Below, piece by piece: positions 19,678-30,132 of a DNA stretch of 46,786 nt. Position numbers and translations under genes: made by a program. The stretch's first letter is position 1. The number at the start of each line of letters is the position of its first letter. The notes under the pieces were generated by a model that was not told the DNA's origin, did not search any database, and saw only the letters and a program-made list of their open reading frames with translations. This stretch comes from an uncultured Acidobacteriota bacterium (GTDB lineage Bacteria; Actinomycetota; Acidimicrobiia; Spongiisociales; ZC4RG35), in the NCBI GenBank assembly GCA_963828465.1, contig CAWHEU010000005.1, positions 1 to 46,786 on the forward strand, in the 5' to 3' direction.

Positions 19678-20874
19678 CTAGACGCCAACCTCCTCGGTGA
19701 CCACGGGCCGGGCCTCCTTGGCGGTGAGATAGGTGTAGATCCCGTAGAGAAGGGAGAGACCAAGGATCGGGGTGAATATCCGCTTCAACGTCGCATTCTC
19801 GGTGGCCAGGCCGACTGCGAAGCCGAGCACCCCGGTGTTGACCCCCCAATAGATGACACGATTGGCCGTTTCCGCCACCACCGAGGCGGTGGCCATCATG
19901 GCGAAGATCAGGTTGGTCATGACCATGATGAAATTGATGTGGTCGACAGCCAACAACCAGGGCCCGATCTCCTCGAACTCGGCTCCCGACACGAACAGTG
20001 ATACGACGTAGGCGAAAAGAGCTATTCCGAGAATGAGACCCAGCACCGCGGTTCGGGCCATGATGCCGGGGACCGGGCCACGCCACTGGGACGGGGCCAG
20101 ATAGGAGCGCAGCCGCCAGACCAGGATGACGAGCCCGATCACCTCCAAGGGCACGTTGGCCTGGAGCATCGCCAAGTTGTCGAGAAGGACGCCCAGCATC
20201 GCAAAAACGCCGGCCAGGAAGATCAGGCTCATCTGGACCACGCCCGCCTTCGAGGCGGACAGCGAAGGGGTGTCGTCTCGTCGCAACAACCACTCGATCA
20301 GGGCAGTGCCGGCCAGGATGACATAGCCCACCACCATGGCGGCTGGATGGGCGCCACCTAGCTGTTCGGCGTTCTCCGGTGGGACGATCTCCACCTCGGC
20401 CAGCTGCAGACCGAGAGCGATGCCGAGCACGGCGCCGATCACGAGGAAGAACAATGATAGTGCCATCCCGTACTGGGCGACGTTCCAGGTCGTCCCGCGA
20501 TGGGCCCGGAGCACCCAGACGAACATCCAGACGATGGCGATGAAGGCCAGCACCCCCCCAATAGGTCGTTGAACGCTCGAAGTGGTCAGGTCAACCGACC
20601 AGAAAGCCAGGACGTAGAGGGTCAGCGCCACGATGGAGAAATTGGCTACCGCGTTGCTCGATCGGTCCTCTGGCGAGCCGAACATCCAGATTGCCCCTCC
20701 GAAGATGGAGAGGGTCAACCACCCCAGCGTCCCGGCGTGAACATGGGTGAGCAGGGTGTTACGGGGCGGCTCCCAGACATCCGTCCCGTTGAGGATCCCG
20801 ATGACCACGGTGATGACGAATATCACCAATGCGGCACGGAACAGGTTGCGCACACCAGAGGGCATCGCGGCCAT
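19678..20874 (-). CDS. Uncharacterised ~12-TM membrane protein with intramembrane histidines
   Basis: 398-aa hydrophobic ORF containing THVHAGTLGW, AHPAAMVVGY and VDHINF; co-oriented with the hydratase and RidA genes. Confidence 0.75.
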   Translation of the reverse strand: MAAMPSGVRNLFRAALVIFVITVVIGILNGTDVWEPPRNTLLTHVHAGTLGWLTLSIFGGAIWMFGSPEDRSSNAVANFSIVALTLYVLAFWSVDLTTSSVQRPIGGVLAFIAIVWMFVWVLRAHRGTTWNVAQYGMALSLFFLVIGAVLGIALGLQLAEVEIVPPENAEQLGGAHPAAMVVGYVILAGTALIEWLLRRDDTPSLSASKAGVVQMSLIFLAGVFAMLGVLLDNLAMLQANVPLEVIGLVILVWRLRSYLAPSQWRGPVPGIMARTAVLGLILGIALFAYVVSLFVSGAEFEEIGPWLLAVDHINFIMVMTNLIFAMMATASVVAETANRVIYWGVNTGVLGFAVGLATENATLKRIFTPILGLSLLYGIYTYLTAKEARPVVTEEVGV

Positions 20875-20989
20875 GGCTCGTCCCTTCTCTCGCAGGTCAG
20901 ATGATTATGTCAGCGGTCCCCACAGGAGGCTGGGCAAATTGGGGCGACAAACGACACACCCGGCCAATGCCAACGCTCATACTGGGCGC

Positions 20990-22093
20990 ATGACCAGGCC
21001 CCTCGTCGAGGAATGTGAGCGGCTCGGGCACGCCCTGATCGAAGTGGCCGAGGCCGGCACACCGGGAGAGGTCAACCGCCCGCTGCTCGAGGCCCTGGCC
21101 GACCACGGGCTTTTCGACCGCCTCTTCTCCGACGAAACGGTCACCGCCACCGACCTCTGCTCGATACGCCAAGGGCTGGCTCGGGTTTCCACCGAAGCCG
21201 AGACGGCATTCGCCGTCCAGGGGCTCGGGGCAATCCCAATTCATCTCTCCGGAGCCCCGCAGTTGAGGGATCAGCTGATGCCGGGCGTTCGGAGCGGCGA
21301 AACCGTCGCCGCCTTCGCTTTGACCGAGCCGGGGGCGGGGTCGGATGCCGCGGCGCTCTCCACCGTCGCCGAGACAGACGGGGATGGATTCCGGATCAGC
21401 GGAGAGAAGGCATACATCTCCAACGCACCCGACGCCGACATCTACACGCTGTTCGCCCGGACCACTCCCGGCGCCGGATCCCGTGGTATCACCGCGTTCG
21501 TCGTCGGCAGCGAGATGGATGGTGTGAGCGGGGAGAGGATCACGATGCTCTCCCCACATCCGCTGGGGCGGATCCACCTGGATGGTGTCTACGTGCCGAA
21601 GACGAACGTCCTGGGCGAGGTCGACCACGGGTTCAGGGTCGCCATGCAAACGCTGGACCTCTTCCGCCCCAGCGTCGGCGCCTTTGCCCTCGGAATGGCG
21701 GAGGCGGCGCTGCGCATCGCAACCGGTCATGCCATGACCCGCACTGCTTTCGGCACCCCGATCTCCGATTTCCAGGGCGTCTCGCATCAACTGGCCGATG
21801 TGCGTCTCGACATAGAGGCGGCCGAGTTGCTCGTGTATTCGGCGGCCGCCGCCCACGACGACGGCGACGCCGAGACGCTCACCGGCAAGGCCGCGATGGC
21901 CAAGCTCCATGCGACCGAGACCGCGCAACGGGCGGTAGACACTGCGATCCAGGTCCTCGGGGCAAGAGGTCTCGAGGCCGACACCACCCTGGCCCATCTC
22001 TATCTCGAAGTGCGGGCGCCCCGCATCTACGAAGGCACCTCCGAGATCCAGCGCAACATCATCGCTCGAGAGCTGTTCAACGGGCGGATCTGA
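20990..22093 (+). CDS. Acyl-CoA dehydrogenase family protein
   Basis: QGLG, AFALTEPGAGSD, GEKAYISN, FQGV..QLAD, AMAK, RIYEGTSEIQR. CATACT lies 6 nt before the ATG. Confidence 0.92.
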   Translation: MTRPLVEECERLGHALIEVAEAGTPGEVNRPLLEALADHGLFDRLFSDETVTATDLCSIRQGLARVSTEAETAFAVQGLGAIPIHLSGAPQLRDQLMPGVRSGETVAAFALTEPGAGSDAAALSTVAETDGDGFRISGEKAYISNAPDADIYTLFARTTPGAGSRGITAFVVGSEMDGVSGERITMLSPHPLGRIHLDGVYVPKTNVLGEVDHGFRVAMQTLDLFRPSVGAFALGMAEAALRIATGHAMTRTAFGTPISDFQGVSHQLADVRLDIEAAELLVYSAAAAHDDGDAETLTGKAAMAKLHATETAQRAVDTAIQVLGARGLEADTTLAHLYLEVRAPRIYEGTSEIQRNIIARELFNGRI

Positions 22094-22102
22094 AGCGAGT
22101 AG

Positions 22103-22501
22103 CTATCCAGCCATGGCGGCGCGGACCATGATGCAGGCGTGGGCTAGCCAATTGAAGGGGCCGGCGTCCAGCTTCTCCATCAACTCCGGGGATTCGGCCC
22201 CGGGCTGGAGCCAGATGTTGAGGATGCCCGCCTGCTCGCACTCGTCGACCACGTCGAGCCCGCGACGGGCCGGAATGACGAAATCGGCGATGGCCGGCGT
22301 CTCCGGAAGGTCGAGAACAGTCTTCCAACAGGGATCGCCGTCCACCGTCTCCCGATAGGGATTGACGGCCAGGACACGAATCCCTCGGCGCTTGAGGTCC
22401 CGGTAGATGATCCCGCCGTACTTGGTGGGATGGTCCGTGGCCCCGATCACCGCAACCGAGGCGCCTGGCTCGCCCAGGAGGGGGGTGAGGTCAGTCATCA
22501 T
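22103..22501 (-). CDS. CoA-binding domain protein (YccU-like)
   Basis: VAVIGAT, VNP, IWLQPG, C-terminal CIMV. Confidence 0.85.
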   Translation of the reverse strand: MMTDLTPLLGEPGASVAVIGATDHPTKYGGIIYRDLKRRGIRVLAVNPYRETVDGDPCWKTVLDLPETPAIADFVIPARRGLDVVDECEQAGILNIWLQPGAESPELMEKLDAGPFNWLAHACIMVRAAMAG

Positions 22502-22563
22502 GTGCCCGGCACGGTATCGGCCTCGCCCGTCTTGTCGGGAATCAACCCGGTACCGTCCTCGTC

Positions 22564-24074
22564 GTGACGGAGGTTGTCGTCGATGGCGGTCCACTCACCC
22601 CGAGCCAGGTGGTGGAGGTCGCCCATCGCCGGGCACGGGCGATACCGGGGCCTGATCTCGCAAACCGAATGGAGCCTGCGCGCGCCGTGGTCGACGCAGC
22701 GGTCGAGTCGGGAGACGTCGTCTACGGGATCACGACCGGCTTCGGCGCTCTCGCTTCCACCCGCATAGATCGTGACGAGGCGGAGACTCTCCAGTACAAC
22801 CTGATCCGATCGCACGCCTCCGGGGTCGGGCCGCCTCTGCCCGATGCTCTGGTCCGGGCCATTCTCCTGCTCCGGGCGAGAACCCTGGCGCAGGGTCACT
22901 CCGGGCGTGCGGCCCGTCGTGGTGGAGCGTCTCCTCGAGATGCTGGACCGTGACATCCTCCCCGTCATCCCCTCCCAGGGGTCGGTGGGAGCGTCGGGGG
23001 ATCTCGCCCCCTTCGCCCACATGGCACTGCCGCTGATCGGCGAGGGGCGGGTCAAGGTCGACGGAGCCATCGTCCATGCGGCGGACGCCGGTATGGCCCC
23101 GCTGGCCCTGCAGGCGAAGGAAGGCCTTTCCCTGCTCAACGGGACCGAGGGCATGACGGCCATGGGCGTCCTTTCACTCCACGAGGCACACCAGCTCTTG
23201 ATCGCAGCGGACGCTGCCTGTGCCATGACCATCGAGGCGATGATGGGAAGTGCCAGGCCCTTCCGGGAGGACGTGCATCTTCTGCGGCCGCATCCCGGTC
23301 AGATCGCCTCCGCCCGGCGCATCGCTTCCCTGATCGACGGCAGCCCGATCGGGGCCAGTCACGAACACGATTTCGACCATGCCGTGCAAGACGCCTACTC
23401 CCTCCGCTGCGCCCCCCAGGTCCACGGGGCGGTTGCCGACACGCTGGACCACATGGAGGCCGTGCTCTCCCGTGAGATGGAATCAGTCGTCGACAACCCG
23501 ATCGTCTTCCCCGAGACGGGTGAGGTGGTGTCAGGCGGCAACTTCCATGGCCAGCCGCTCGCCTTCGTGCTCGACTTCGCAGCCATCGCCGTTTCCGAGC
23601 TCGCCTCGATCTCGGAGCGGCGCACCGATCGTCTCCTCGACCCGGCGCGATCCCGCGGTCTCCCCGCCTTTCTCGCCAGCAATCCGGGCGTGCAATCCGG
23701 GTACATGATCGGCCAATACGTGCAAGCGGCGTTGGTCGCCGAGAACAAGGTGCTGGCTCATCCCGCCTCGGTCGACACGATCCCCACTTCGGGCAACCAG
23801 GAGGATCACGTGTCGATGGGATGGGGGGCGGGTCTGAAGTTGAACCAGATCCTGGGCAATGCGCGGCAGAGTGGTGGCCATCGAGATGCTCTGCGCCGCC
23901 CAGGGCATCGAATACCGCAGTCCTCTCCTTCCCGCTCCCGGGACAGCCGCCATGGTGGGTCTGGTCCGCGCCCACGTCCCACCCCTGGCCGAGGATCGGT
24001 CACTCACCGATGAGATCGAGGCGGTGGCCGCCCTCATCGCCGATGGATCGGTGGCTGCGGCAGCCAACAGGTGA
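22564..24074 (+). CDS. hutH: Histidine ammonia-lyase; two +1 frameshifts (~22904, ~23866)
   Basis: VYGITTGFG, LQYNLIRSHA; MIO motif GSVGASGDLAP, KEGLSLLNGT, QDAYSLRC.PQVHG, SGGNFHGQP, QEDHVSMG; C-terminal AIEMLCAAQG...EDR in a third frame. Confidence 0.93.
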
Positions 24075-25276
24075 GCGATCTCCTCGTCACCGGGATCGGG
24101 CATCTCACGACCCACGAAGGCGAAGCGATGGTCGACGCCGTGGTCAAAGTCGAGGATGGATCGGTCGTCTACGCCGGACCCGGCTCCGACGCCCCGGACC
24201 AGGGACCCTCCCCCAGGGTCGAGTGTGAGGGACGGGCCGTCCTGCCCGGATTCGTCGACAGCCACACTCACCTCGTTTTCGCGGGGGACCGGGCGGGAGA
24301 GTTCTCGATGAAGATGGCCGGTGCCACCTATGCCGACGTGGCGAAAAGCGGTGGAGGAATCCTGTCGACCGTGGCGGCAACCCGTGATGCATCGGAGGAT
24401 GAACTCTTCGCCGAGGCTGCCACCAGAGTCAGGAGGATGATCGCCGCAGGGACGACGACTGTTGAGATCAAGTCCGGATACGGCCTGGACCTCGAAACCG
24501 AGTTGCGCCTTCTTCGGGTCGCCAGGAGGATCGGAAACGAGTTGCCGATAACGGTCAGGACCACATTTCTGGGAGCACACGCCCTGCCGCCCGAGTTCCG
24601 AAACGATCGGACGGGCTATGTCGACCTCCTGATCGATGAGATGCTGCCCGCCGCCGCCCCGCTTGCCGACTACTGCGACGTCTTCGTCGAGGAGGGCGCC
24701 TTCTCGGTCGACGAGGCGAGGCGCATCTTCGCCGCTGCCAAGGGCCACGGCCTGGGAGCGCGTGTTCACGCCGAGCAATTGACCCATTCCGGTGGAGCAG
24801 CGCTGGCGGCCGAGATCGGGGCCGTCAGCGCCGATCATCTCGATCACGTCACAGAGGGCGACGCCATCGCCCTCGCCGACGCGGGCGTCGTCGCAGTCCT
24901 GGTCCCCGGTGCCTCCTACATGATGCGCTCACCTCAGGCACCCGGCCCCATGCTGATCCAACACGGCGTGTCTGTCGCCCTGGCCACCGACTGCAACCCG
25001 GGGACCTCCTACTTCGAGTCGATGGGCACGGTGATCAGCCTCGCGGTAGTGCAGATGGGGCTCACCACCGAGCAGGCGATCCATGCCGCCACCAGGGGCG
25101 GGGCGCTCGCCCTGGGCATGGAGGGGCACGGCGCGATCACGACCGGGTCCGCCGGCGATCTCGTGGTGCTCGATGCCCCCTCCCCGGCGCACATCCCATA
25201 CCGGCCCGGGACCAACCTGGTGTGGAAGACGATCAAGGCGGGTCGGGTCGTGGCCGGCGATCAGGTTCCCGGGTAG
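24071..25276 (+). CDS. hutI: Imidazolonepropionase
   Basis: PGFVDSHTHLVFAGDR, GGGI.STV, GTTTVEIKSGYGL, FLGAH, HAEQL, SADHL, ALATDCNPG. Confidence 0.96.
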   Translation: MSDLLVTGIGHLTTHEGEAMVDAVVKVEDGSVVYAGPGSDAPDQGPSPRVECEGRAVLPGFVDSHTHLVFAGDRAGEFSMKMAGATYADVAKSGGGILSTVAATRDASEDELFAEAATRVRRMIAAGTTTVEIKSGYGLDLETELRLLRVARRIGNELPITVRTTFLGAHALPPEFRNDRTGYVDLLIDEMLPAAAPLADYCDVFVEEGAFSVDEARRIFAAAKGHGLGARVHAEQLTHSGGAALAAEIGAVSADHLDHVTEGDAIALADAGVVAVLVPGASYMMRSPQAPGPMLIQHGVSVALATDCNPGTSYFESMGTVISLAVVQMGLTTEQAIHAATRGGALALGMEGHGAITTGSAGDLVVLDAPSPAHIPYRPGTNLVWKTIKAGRVVAGDQVPG

Positions 25277-25287
25277 GGTCGAGATCC

Positions 25288-25732
25288 ATGCGAGATGGCC
25301 TCTTGTTCCTCCATATCGTGGGAGTGGCCGGCTGGCTCGGGGGCGGCGTGTACGCCTTCTACACGCATTCGGCCCTGGCAACGATGGAGCCAGCGGCAGC
25401 AGGACCGGCGCTCCAGCGCCTGAAGAAGGTCGAGGACCGGTTCTTCGGGCCGGCAAGCGGTCTCGTCCTGCTCTCCGGAATTGGCTTGGTGCTCACATCG
25501 GAGGCTTTTGGTTGGGGCGATACCTTCGTCCTCATCGGCCTCGGCGCCTTCCTGTATCAGCGCGATCATCGGCGCCACCGTCGGCAAGAGAAACAGCGAG
25601 AGCCTGGCCGAGGCGACGAGTACGGGGTCCGACGTCGAGGCAGCGCTCAAGTCGTGGCGTCGGGGGACGGTCTGGGACTTCGTCATCCTCGCCGTCGTCA
25701 TCTGGGCGATGATCACCAAGCTCGGAGCCTGA
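25288..25732 (+). CDS. DUF2269-like four-helix membrane protein; +1 frameshift near 25555
   Basis: MRDGLLFLHIVGVAGWLGG...FFGPASGLVLLSGIGL, continuing as ISAIIGATV...VVIWAMITKLGA* in the next frame. Confidence 0.65.
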
Positions 25733-25738
25733 TTGCTC

Positions 25739-26793
25739 GTGGATCGGGCCAGGATCGACGGTTTTCTCGGACCATTTCGTCGATCTCGCCTCGGGGGCGA
25801 CCACCATTGGATTACTCGCCGTCGCCGACCGTAGCTGGCCTGTCCCGGCATCTCGGGGAGGTGGGTGGCGGCACCGCTGAGGATCTGGCGCAGGGCGCAG
25901 GTCTCGAGAGACGATACGTGGAAGAGATCCTCTCGGGTCTGGCCGCAGCCGGAGTGGTCGTGTACGACGCGGGGTCTCGCAGATTCGATCTTCCGGCTGA
26001 ACACGCCCTCTTCATCGCTGACGAGTCGAGCCCCTACTTCATGGGCGGGTTCTTCGACATGCTCCCGGCCATCCTGAGCCAGGTAGATCAGGTCGCCACT
26101 GCCACCAGGCAGGGCGGAGGTGTGCCTTTCGAGGCCTTCGGCGAGATGGCGATCCGGGGCATCGACCGTTCCAACACACCCTCCCAGACGGTGTTCCTCA
26201 TCAATCGATGGCTCCCGGCAGTTCCCGGCCTGGTCCCGGTCCTGGAGGCGGGCGGCACCCGGGTCGCCGACGTGGGATGCGGCTCCGGCACGGCGGCGAT
26301 CCTGATGGCACGGGCCTTCCCCAACACCCAGGTGGCAGGGTTCGACGTCTCAACCGATTCTGTGGAGATCGCCCGAAGTCGAGCGAGCGGCCTCTCCAAC
26401 CTCGAGTTCGCCGACCTCGACGTGAGCGAGATCCCCACCGATCCGCGATTTCGGCTGATCACCACCTTCGACGTGATCCACGACCTCGCCGATCCGCTGG
26501 CCGGTATGCGCCGGATCCGCGAGGCGCTGGCCGACGACGGTGTCTACCTGATGATGGAGCCCAACACCGGCTCGAAGCTCGAGGACAACCTCGATGCGAG
26601 GGGTGCGATGCTGTACGGGGTTTCCACCCTGCATTGCATGACCCAGTCACTGGCACAGGGTGGTGCGGGTCTCGGGGCAGCCTGGGGTCGGGAGAGAGCG
26701 GAGGCGATGGCCGGAGAGGCGGGCTTCGGGTCCTTTCAGCCGCTGGAGAGCATCTCGAACAAGTTCTCGGCGTTCTATCTGCTCACCCGATAA
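25739..26793 (+). CDS. Class I SAM-dependent methyltransferase with N-terminal wHTH (Rv2258c-like); two +1 frameshifts near the start
   Basis: Reconstructed N-terminus MDRARIDGFLDHFVDLASGATTIGLLAVADR; L.ERYVEE.L, ADVGCGSG, FDVIHD, STLHCMTQSLA, GLGAAWG. Confidence 0.85.
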
Positions 26794-27604
26794 GGGGCGG
26801 TCGTCGCCAATGCTTGCGCCGGGCGTTCCGGTCGAGACCGAAGTCGGCCGGGGTCACGCCTCCGGGATGGCGCGCCTTTGGGCCGGTCACGGCGTCGACA
26901 CACGGCATTCCGCATTCGATCAGGTCCACTCCCACCCACACGAACTCCCAGGGCTCAGGGTTGGGGCCTTGGGCGGTGACGTCGTCGGGGTAGGACGGGA
27001 TGAAGCCAAACCTCTTGGCGTTGTAGAAGTTGTCGGCCGCCAGCCAGGCGTAGTCGGGCGTGTCCCTGAACTCCCCGAACGTCCCGTCCGCATATCGAAA
27101 ATCGAGGGCGTACCCGCTGTGATGCTTCGAGGTCCCCGGGATCGAGTACCAGGTGAGGGCGGCGTCGATTGCCTCGTCGGTGGTGCCCCTCAGCTTCGAG
27201 GTGAACTGGGTTCGCTGGCTCTCCGGCGACCGATAGGCGGAGGAGACGACGAATCCGTGGCCTGCCGCCCGCGCCGCCTCTTTCAGCTCGAGCCAGGCGG
27301 CCGCCGCCTGCGGTTGCATCGGGACGCCGTCGGCGCTGCCGAGATCGGGACCGGCGATCGGCCGCAACACGTAGCCACGGTCGGTAGCGCTTCTCCAGAT
27401 CCGCGCATCTAGAGCGGCGTCCCCGGTGATGGGAAGACGACCCGATGGAGGCGCCAGATTGGGCAGGGTTTTTGCCACTGCGTAGTCGTACATCGCCTTG
27501 AACTCGTCGCCGGTGTAGGTCGGAAACTCCTCCTCGACGGCCTGCGCCGGGAGGGCAGCGACCATCCCAAGGACCAATGTGACCAGGGCAAACAGCGATC
27601 TCAT
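26783..27604 (-). CDS. Secreted M15B (VanY-like) D-Ala-D-Ala carboxypeptidase-family protein
   Basis: Signal peptide ending AQA, SAYRS...Q, PGTSKHHSGYALDF, WL..NA..FGFI.SYP, EPWEF. Confidence 0.85.
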   Translation of the reverse strand: MRSLFALVTLVLGMVAALPAQAVEEEFPTYTGDEFKAMYDYAVAKTLPNLAPPSGRLPITGDAALDARIWRSATDRGYVLRPIAGPDLGSADGVPMQPQAAAAWLELKEAARAAGHGFVVSSAYRSPESQRTQFTSKLRGTTDEAIDAALTWYSIPGTSKHHSGYALDFRYADGTFGEFRDTPDYAWLAADNFYNAKRFGFIPSYPDDVTAQGPNPEPWEFVWVGVDLIECGMPCVDAVTGPKARHPGGVTPADFGLDRNARRKHWRRPPLIG

Positions 27605-27652
27605 CCTTGCGGACACGCTAAACCGGATGGACGTTTTGCCGGTCGATCCCCG

Positions 27653-29516
27653 CTACCAGGCCCCGCCGCCACCTCCGCCGCCGCCACCTCCGCCGCCGCC
27701 TCCCCCGCCGGAGAACCCACCGCCGCCACCGCTGGAAGCGGGCGGCGCGAAGGCACCAGTGAGGGCGGAGTTGAGGCCGGCGAAGGCGTTCTCGGTGTGG
27801 CCACCCGAGTACCCGTAGGTACCGAACCAATAGATCGAGGAGGTCTGTTCCAGTTCCGGCGGAGCATGGAGGCGGGCCTGTTGCAGCACCTCCTCTGCCA
27901 CCCCGAACACGATGGCGTAGATGAGGAATCTGTCCCACAGCTCCAGCGAGATCGGCGGCGCCTCCTTCAGCCTCGAGAAATCGGTGAGATAGCGACGGAA
28001 AGCGTCCCATCGCTCTGCCTCCAACGCTCCCTCCTTCGACCGCCGCACCCGGATCCGGCGGAACATGAGGAAGATGTAGAGGGCGAGGGCCCCGAGCACC
28101 ATCCCGATCACGATGAAGATGGCCATCGTTTGCCCGCCGGGCCGTCGCTCGAGGATGTCGGGTAGGAAGACGATGGCTCCGAATACGACCAACCCCACTG
28201 CGATGGCGACAAACCAGGCGACACCGTTACCCCTCTCGTCGAGGAGACCGGCTCGCTTGATCGCGGACAGGACCTTGCCCCGGAAGCTCTGATAGCTCGA
28301 GGCGTTCTCGGAGGCGTCCTCCCGGATCGCCTCCCGGAATTCGTGCAGTGGTCGGGGCCCCTCGTCGAGGACCCGGCCGACAACGCTCAGGACCGACTGC
28401 TCGTAGTCCCGATAGCCGGTGTCCTTGTCGGTCAGCTCGAGCACCAGATCGGTGATCGTCTCGTCACGCAGCCCACCCCAAGTGCTGCGCTCGACCTGTG
28501 ACGGCGTCGCCTTGATCGCCCCTTGTCGGATCAGGTCGAACATCGTGGCGGTGAACTCCTTCTCGCTCACCGCCCCCTGGGTGAGAAGGGCGCCCGACCT
28601 CGGCCGGCTTCAGATCGGTCGGCGGCTCTTGCTCGTATTCCCGGTCGTAGTCGACCGCTGGCTCCTTGCCGTACCGGAAATAGACCAGGCTGCCCAGGCC
28701 TGCGGATAGAGCCACCGCGAACACCGAGCCCCAGATCAGCCCGGTCCTTGCCGCAGTCGTCGCGTCCGAGGCTTCCTCTGCGAATGCCTCCTCCTCGGCG
28801 AGGATTGCCTCCAGCCCGTTGCCGGGGACGACCGTGGCCCCGTCGGTGGATGCGAGCAGAGCCCGCGGGAAGACGGTTCGAAGCTCCACCCATTGATAGG
28901 CCGGAACATTGTTCGCCACCAGGGAGGGGGTGACCTCCTCGGGTCCCAAGGACGTCTCCCCGTCCACACCGTATGGATGCCCGAACACCAGGAAGTCGCC
29001 TGGCTCGGCGCCGGCGCGCACGATCGCGCTCGCCTCGAGATGCTCCAGGCCCACTGCCCATTGGTCACCCCAGACCTGCACGTTCACATCCACCACGTCG
29101 TCGTAGGCGACGGCCACACCCGTCATGACGTAGCTGATCTCAAATGTCCTCTGCTCGTTGGACGACGAGTGGTGCCACACGATGCGTACCAGGTCGCTCT
29201 GCTCCTCCACCCCGTAGGTGCCCGGGCTAGAGGAGCACCCCAACTCCGTGCAGCCACCCGGCTCATAGGTGATCGACTCGTCACTCACGGTCACGCCGGT
29301 GATCGCCTCGCCCGGGCGGAGCGGGATGTCCCGGTAAGCCCCCGAGAAGTCTCCATCGAAGTCATAGGTCAGGCTCTCGATGATCGACAGCGAGCCGTCG
29401 TCATTGACCACGATTTCGACGTCCGCCTCGCTCATCCAGAACGACTTGGCCAGAGCCGCCGTCGCAGGTGCGACGACAAGCAGGAGGACGATCAGAGCTC
29501 GGGTGAGCCGCCCCAA
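27653..29516 (-). CDS. DUF2207 family membrane protein; +1 frameshift near 28594
   Basis: Signal peptide, VNDDGSL.IIE..TYDF.G, EPPTDL.PAEVG, W.AFRRYL.DF, WDRFLIYAIVFGV, Gly-rich tail ending GGAW. Confidence 0.88.
27660..27732 (-). repeat. Imperfect GGN trinucleotide tract encoding the poly-Gly tail of DUF2207
   Basis: ccgccgccacctccgccgccgccacct... on the plus strand; translates SSGGGGGFSGGGGGGGGGGGGGGG. Confidence 0.8.
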
Positions 29517-29517
29517 C

Positions 29518-30073
29518 TCAGAAATCGACGGTCGGGGCTTCCACCGCCTCAGGCCCGGCCTCGAAGAACTCCCTGATCTGGAACCCGGTCATGCCGGCCA
29601 CGATGTTGGTGGGTATCTGCTGCACCTTGTTGTTGTAGGTCAGGACCGTGTCGTTGTAGATCTGACGGGAGACGGCGATCTTGTTCTCGGTCTCGGCAAG
29701 CTCGTTCTGCAGGTTCTGGAAATTCTCCGTCGCCCGCAGCTCGGGATAGGCCTCGGCGACGGCGAACAATTGGCGCAAGGCCTGGGTCAGGAAGCCTTCG
29801 GCCTGTGCCTGCTCGGCCGGGCCGGCTGGCGGACTGAGCGGCGCTCCGCGCCTGGGTCACCCTCTCGAACGTCTCCCGCTCGTGGGAGGCATACCCCTTC
29901 ACCGTCTCCACCAGGTTGGGAATCAGGTCGTAGCGACGCTTGAGCTGCACATCGACCTGCGCCCAGGAGTTGTCGACCCGGTTCCGCGACTGGACGAGCC
30001 CGTTGTAGATGCCGATGAAGGCAAAGATCAGGATCGCCACCACGACGATCACGACGATCCAGATGAGATCCAT
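29518..30073 (-). CDS. lemA: LemA family protein; +1 frameshift near 29824
   Basis: TM then [40 protein letters not shown]; second frame [29 protein letters not shown]. Confidence 0.93.
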
Positions 30074-30132
30074 GGCGGGGCAGTGTAGGGCCAACGGTTT
30101 TGCCGCGGCGTTCCTTGCCAGAATGAGGGGCT

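Noticed and set aside
22564-24074. Programmed ribosomal frameshifting or pseudogene status for hutH and other split genes
   Set aside because: No consistent slippery motif; catalytic motifs are intact and the indel pattern is window-wide, favouring sequencing error.
25222-26793. Apparent 523-aa membrane protein-methyltransferase fusion in the ORF track
   Set aside because: Artefact of three +1 frameshifts joining a DUF2269-like gene and a separate methyltransferase gene.
27579-27818. Poly-proline ORF or tandem repeat array on the plus strand
   Set aside because: Antisense shadow of the poly-Gly tail typical of DUF2207 proteins; not a CRISPR or independent gene.
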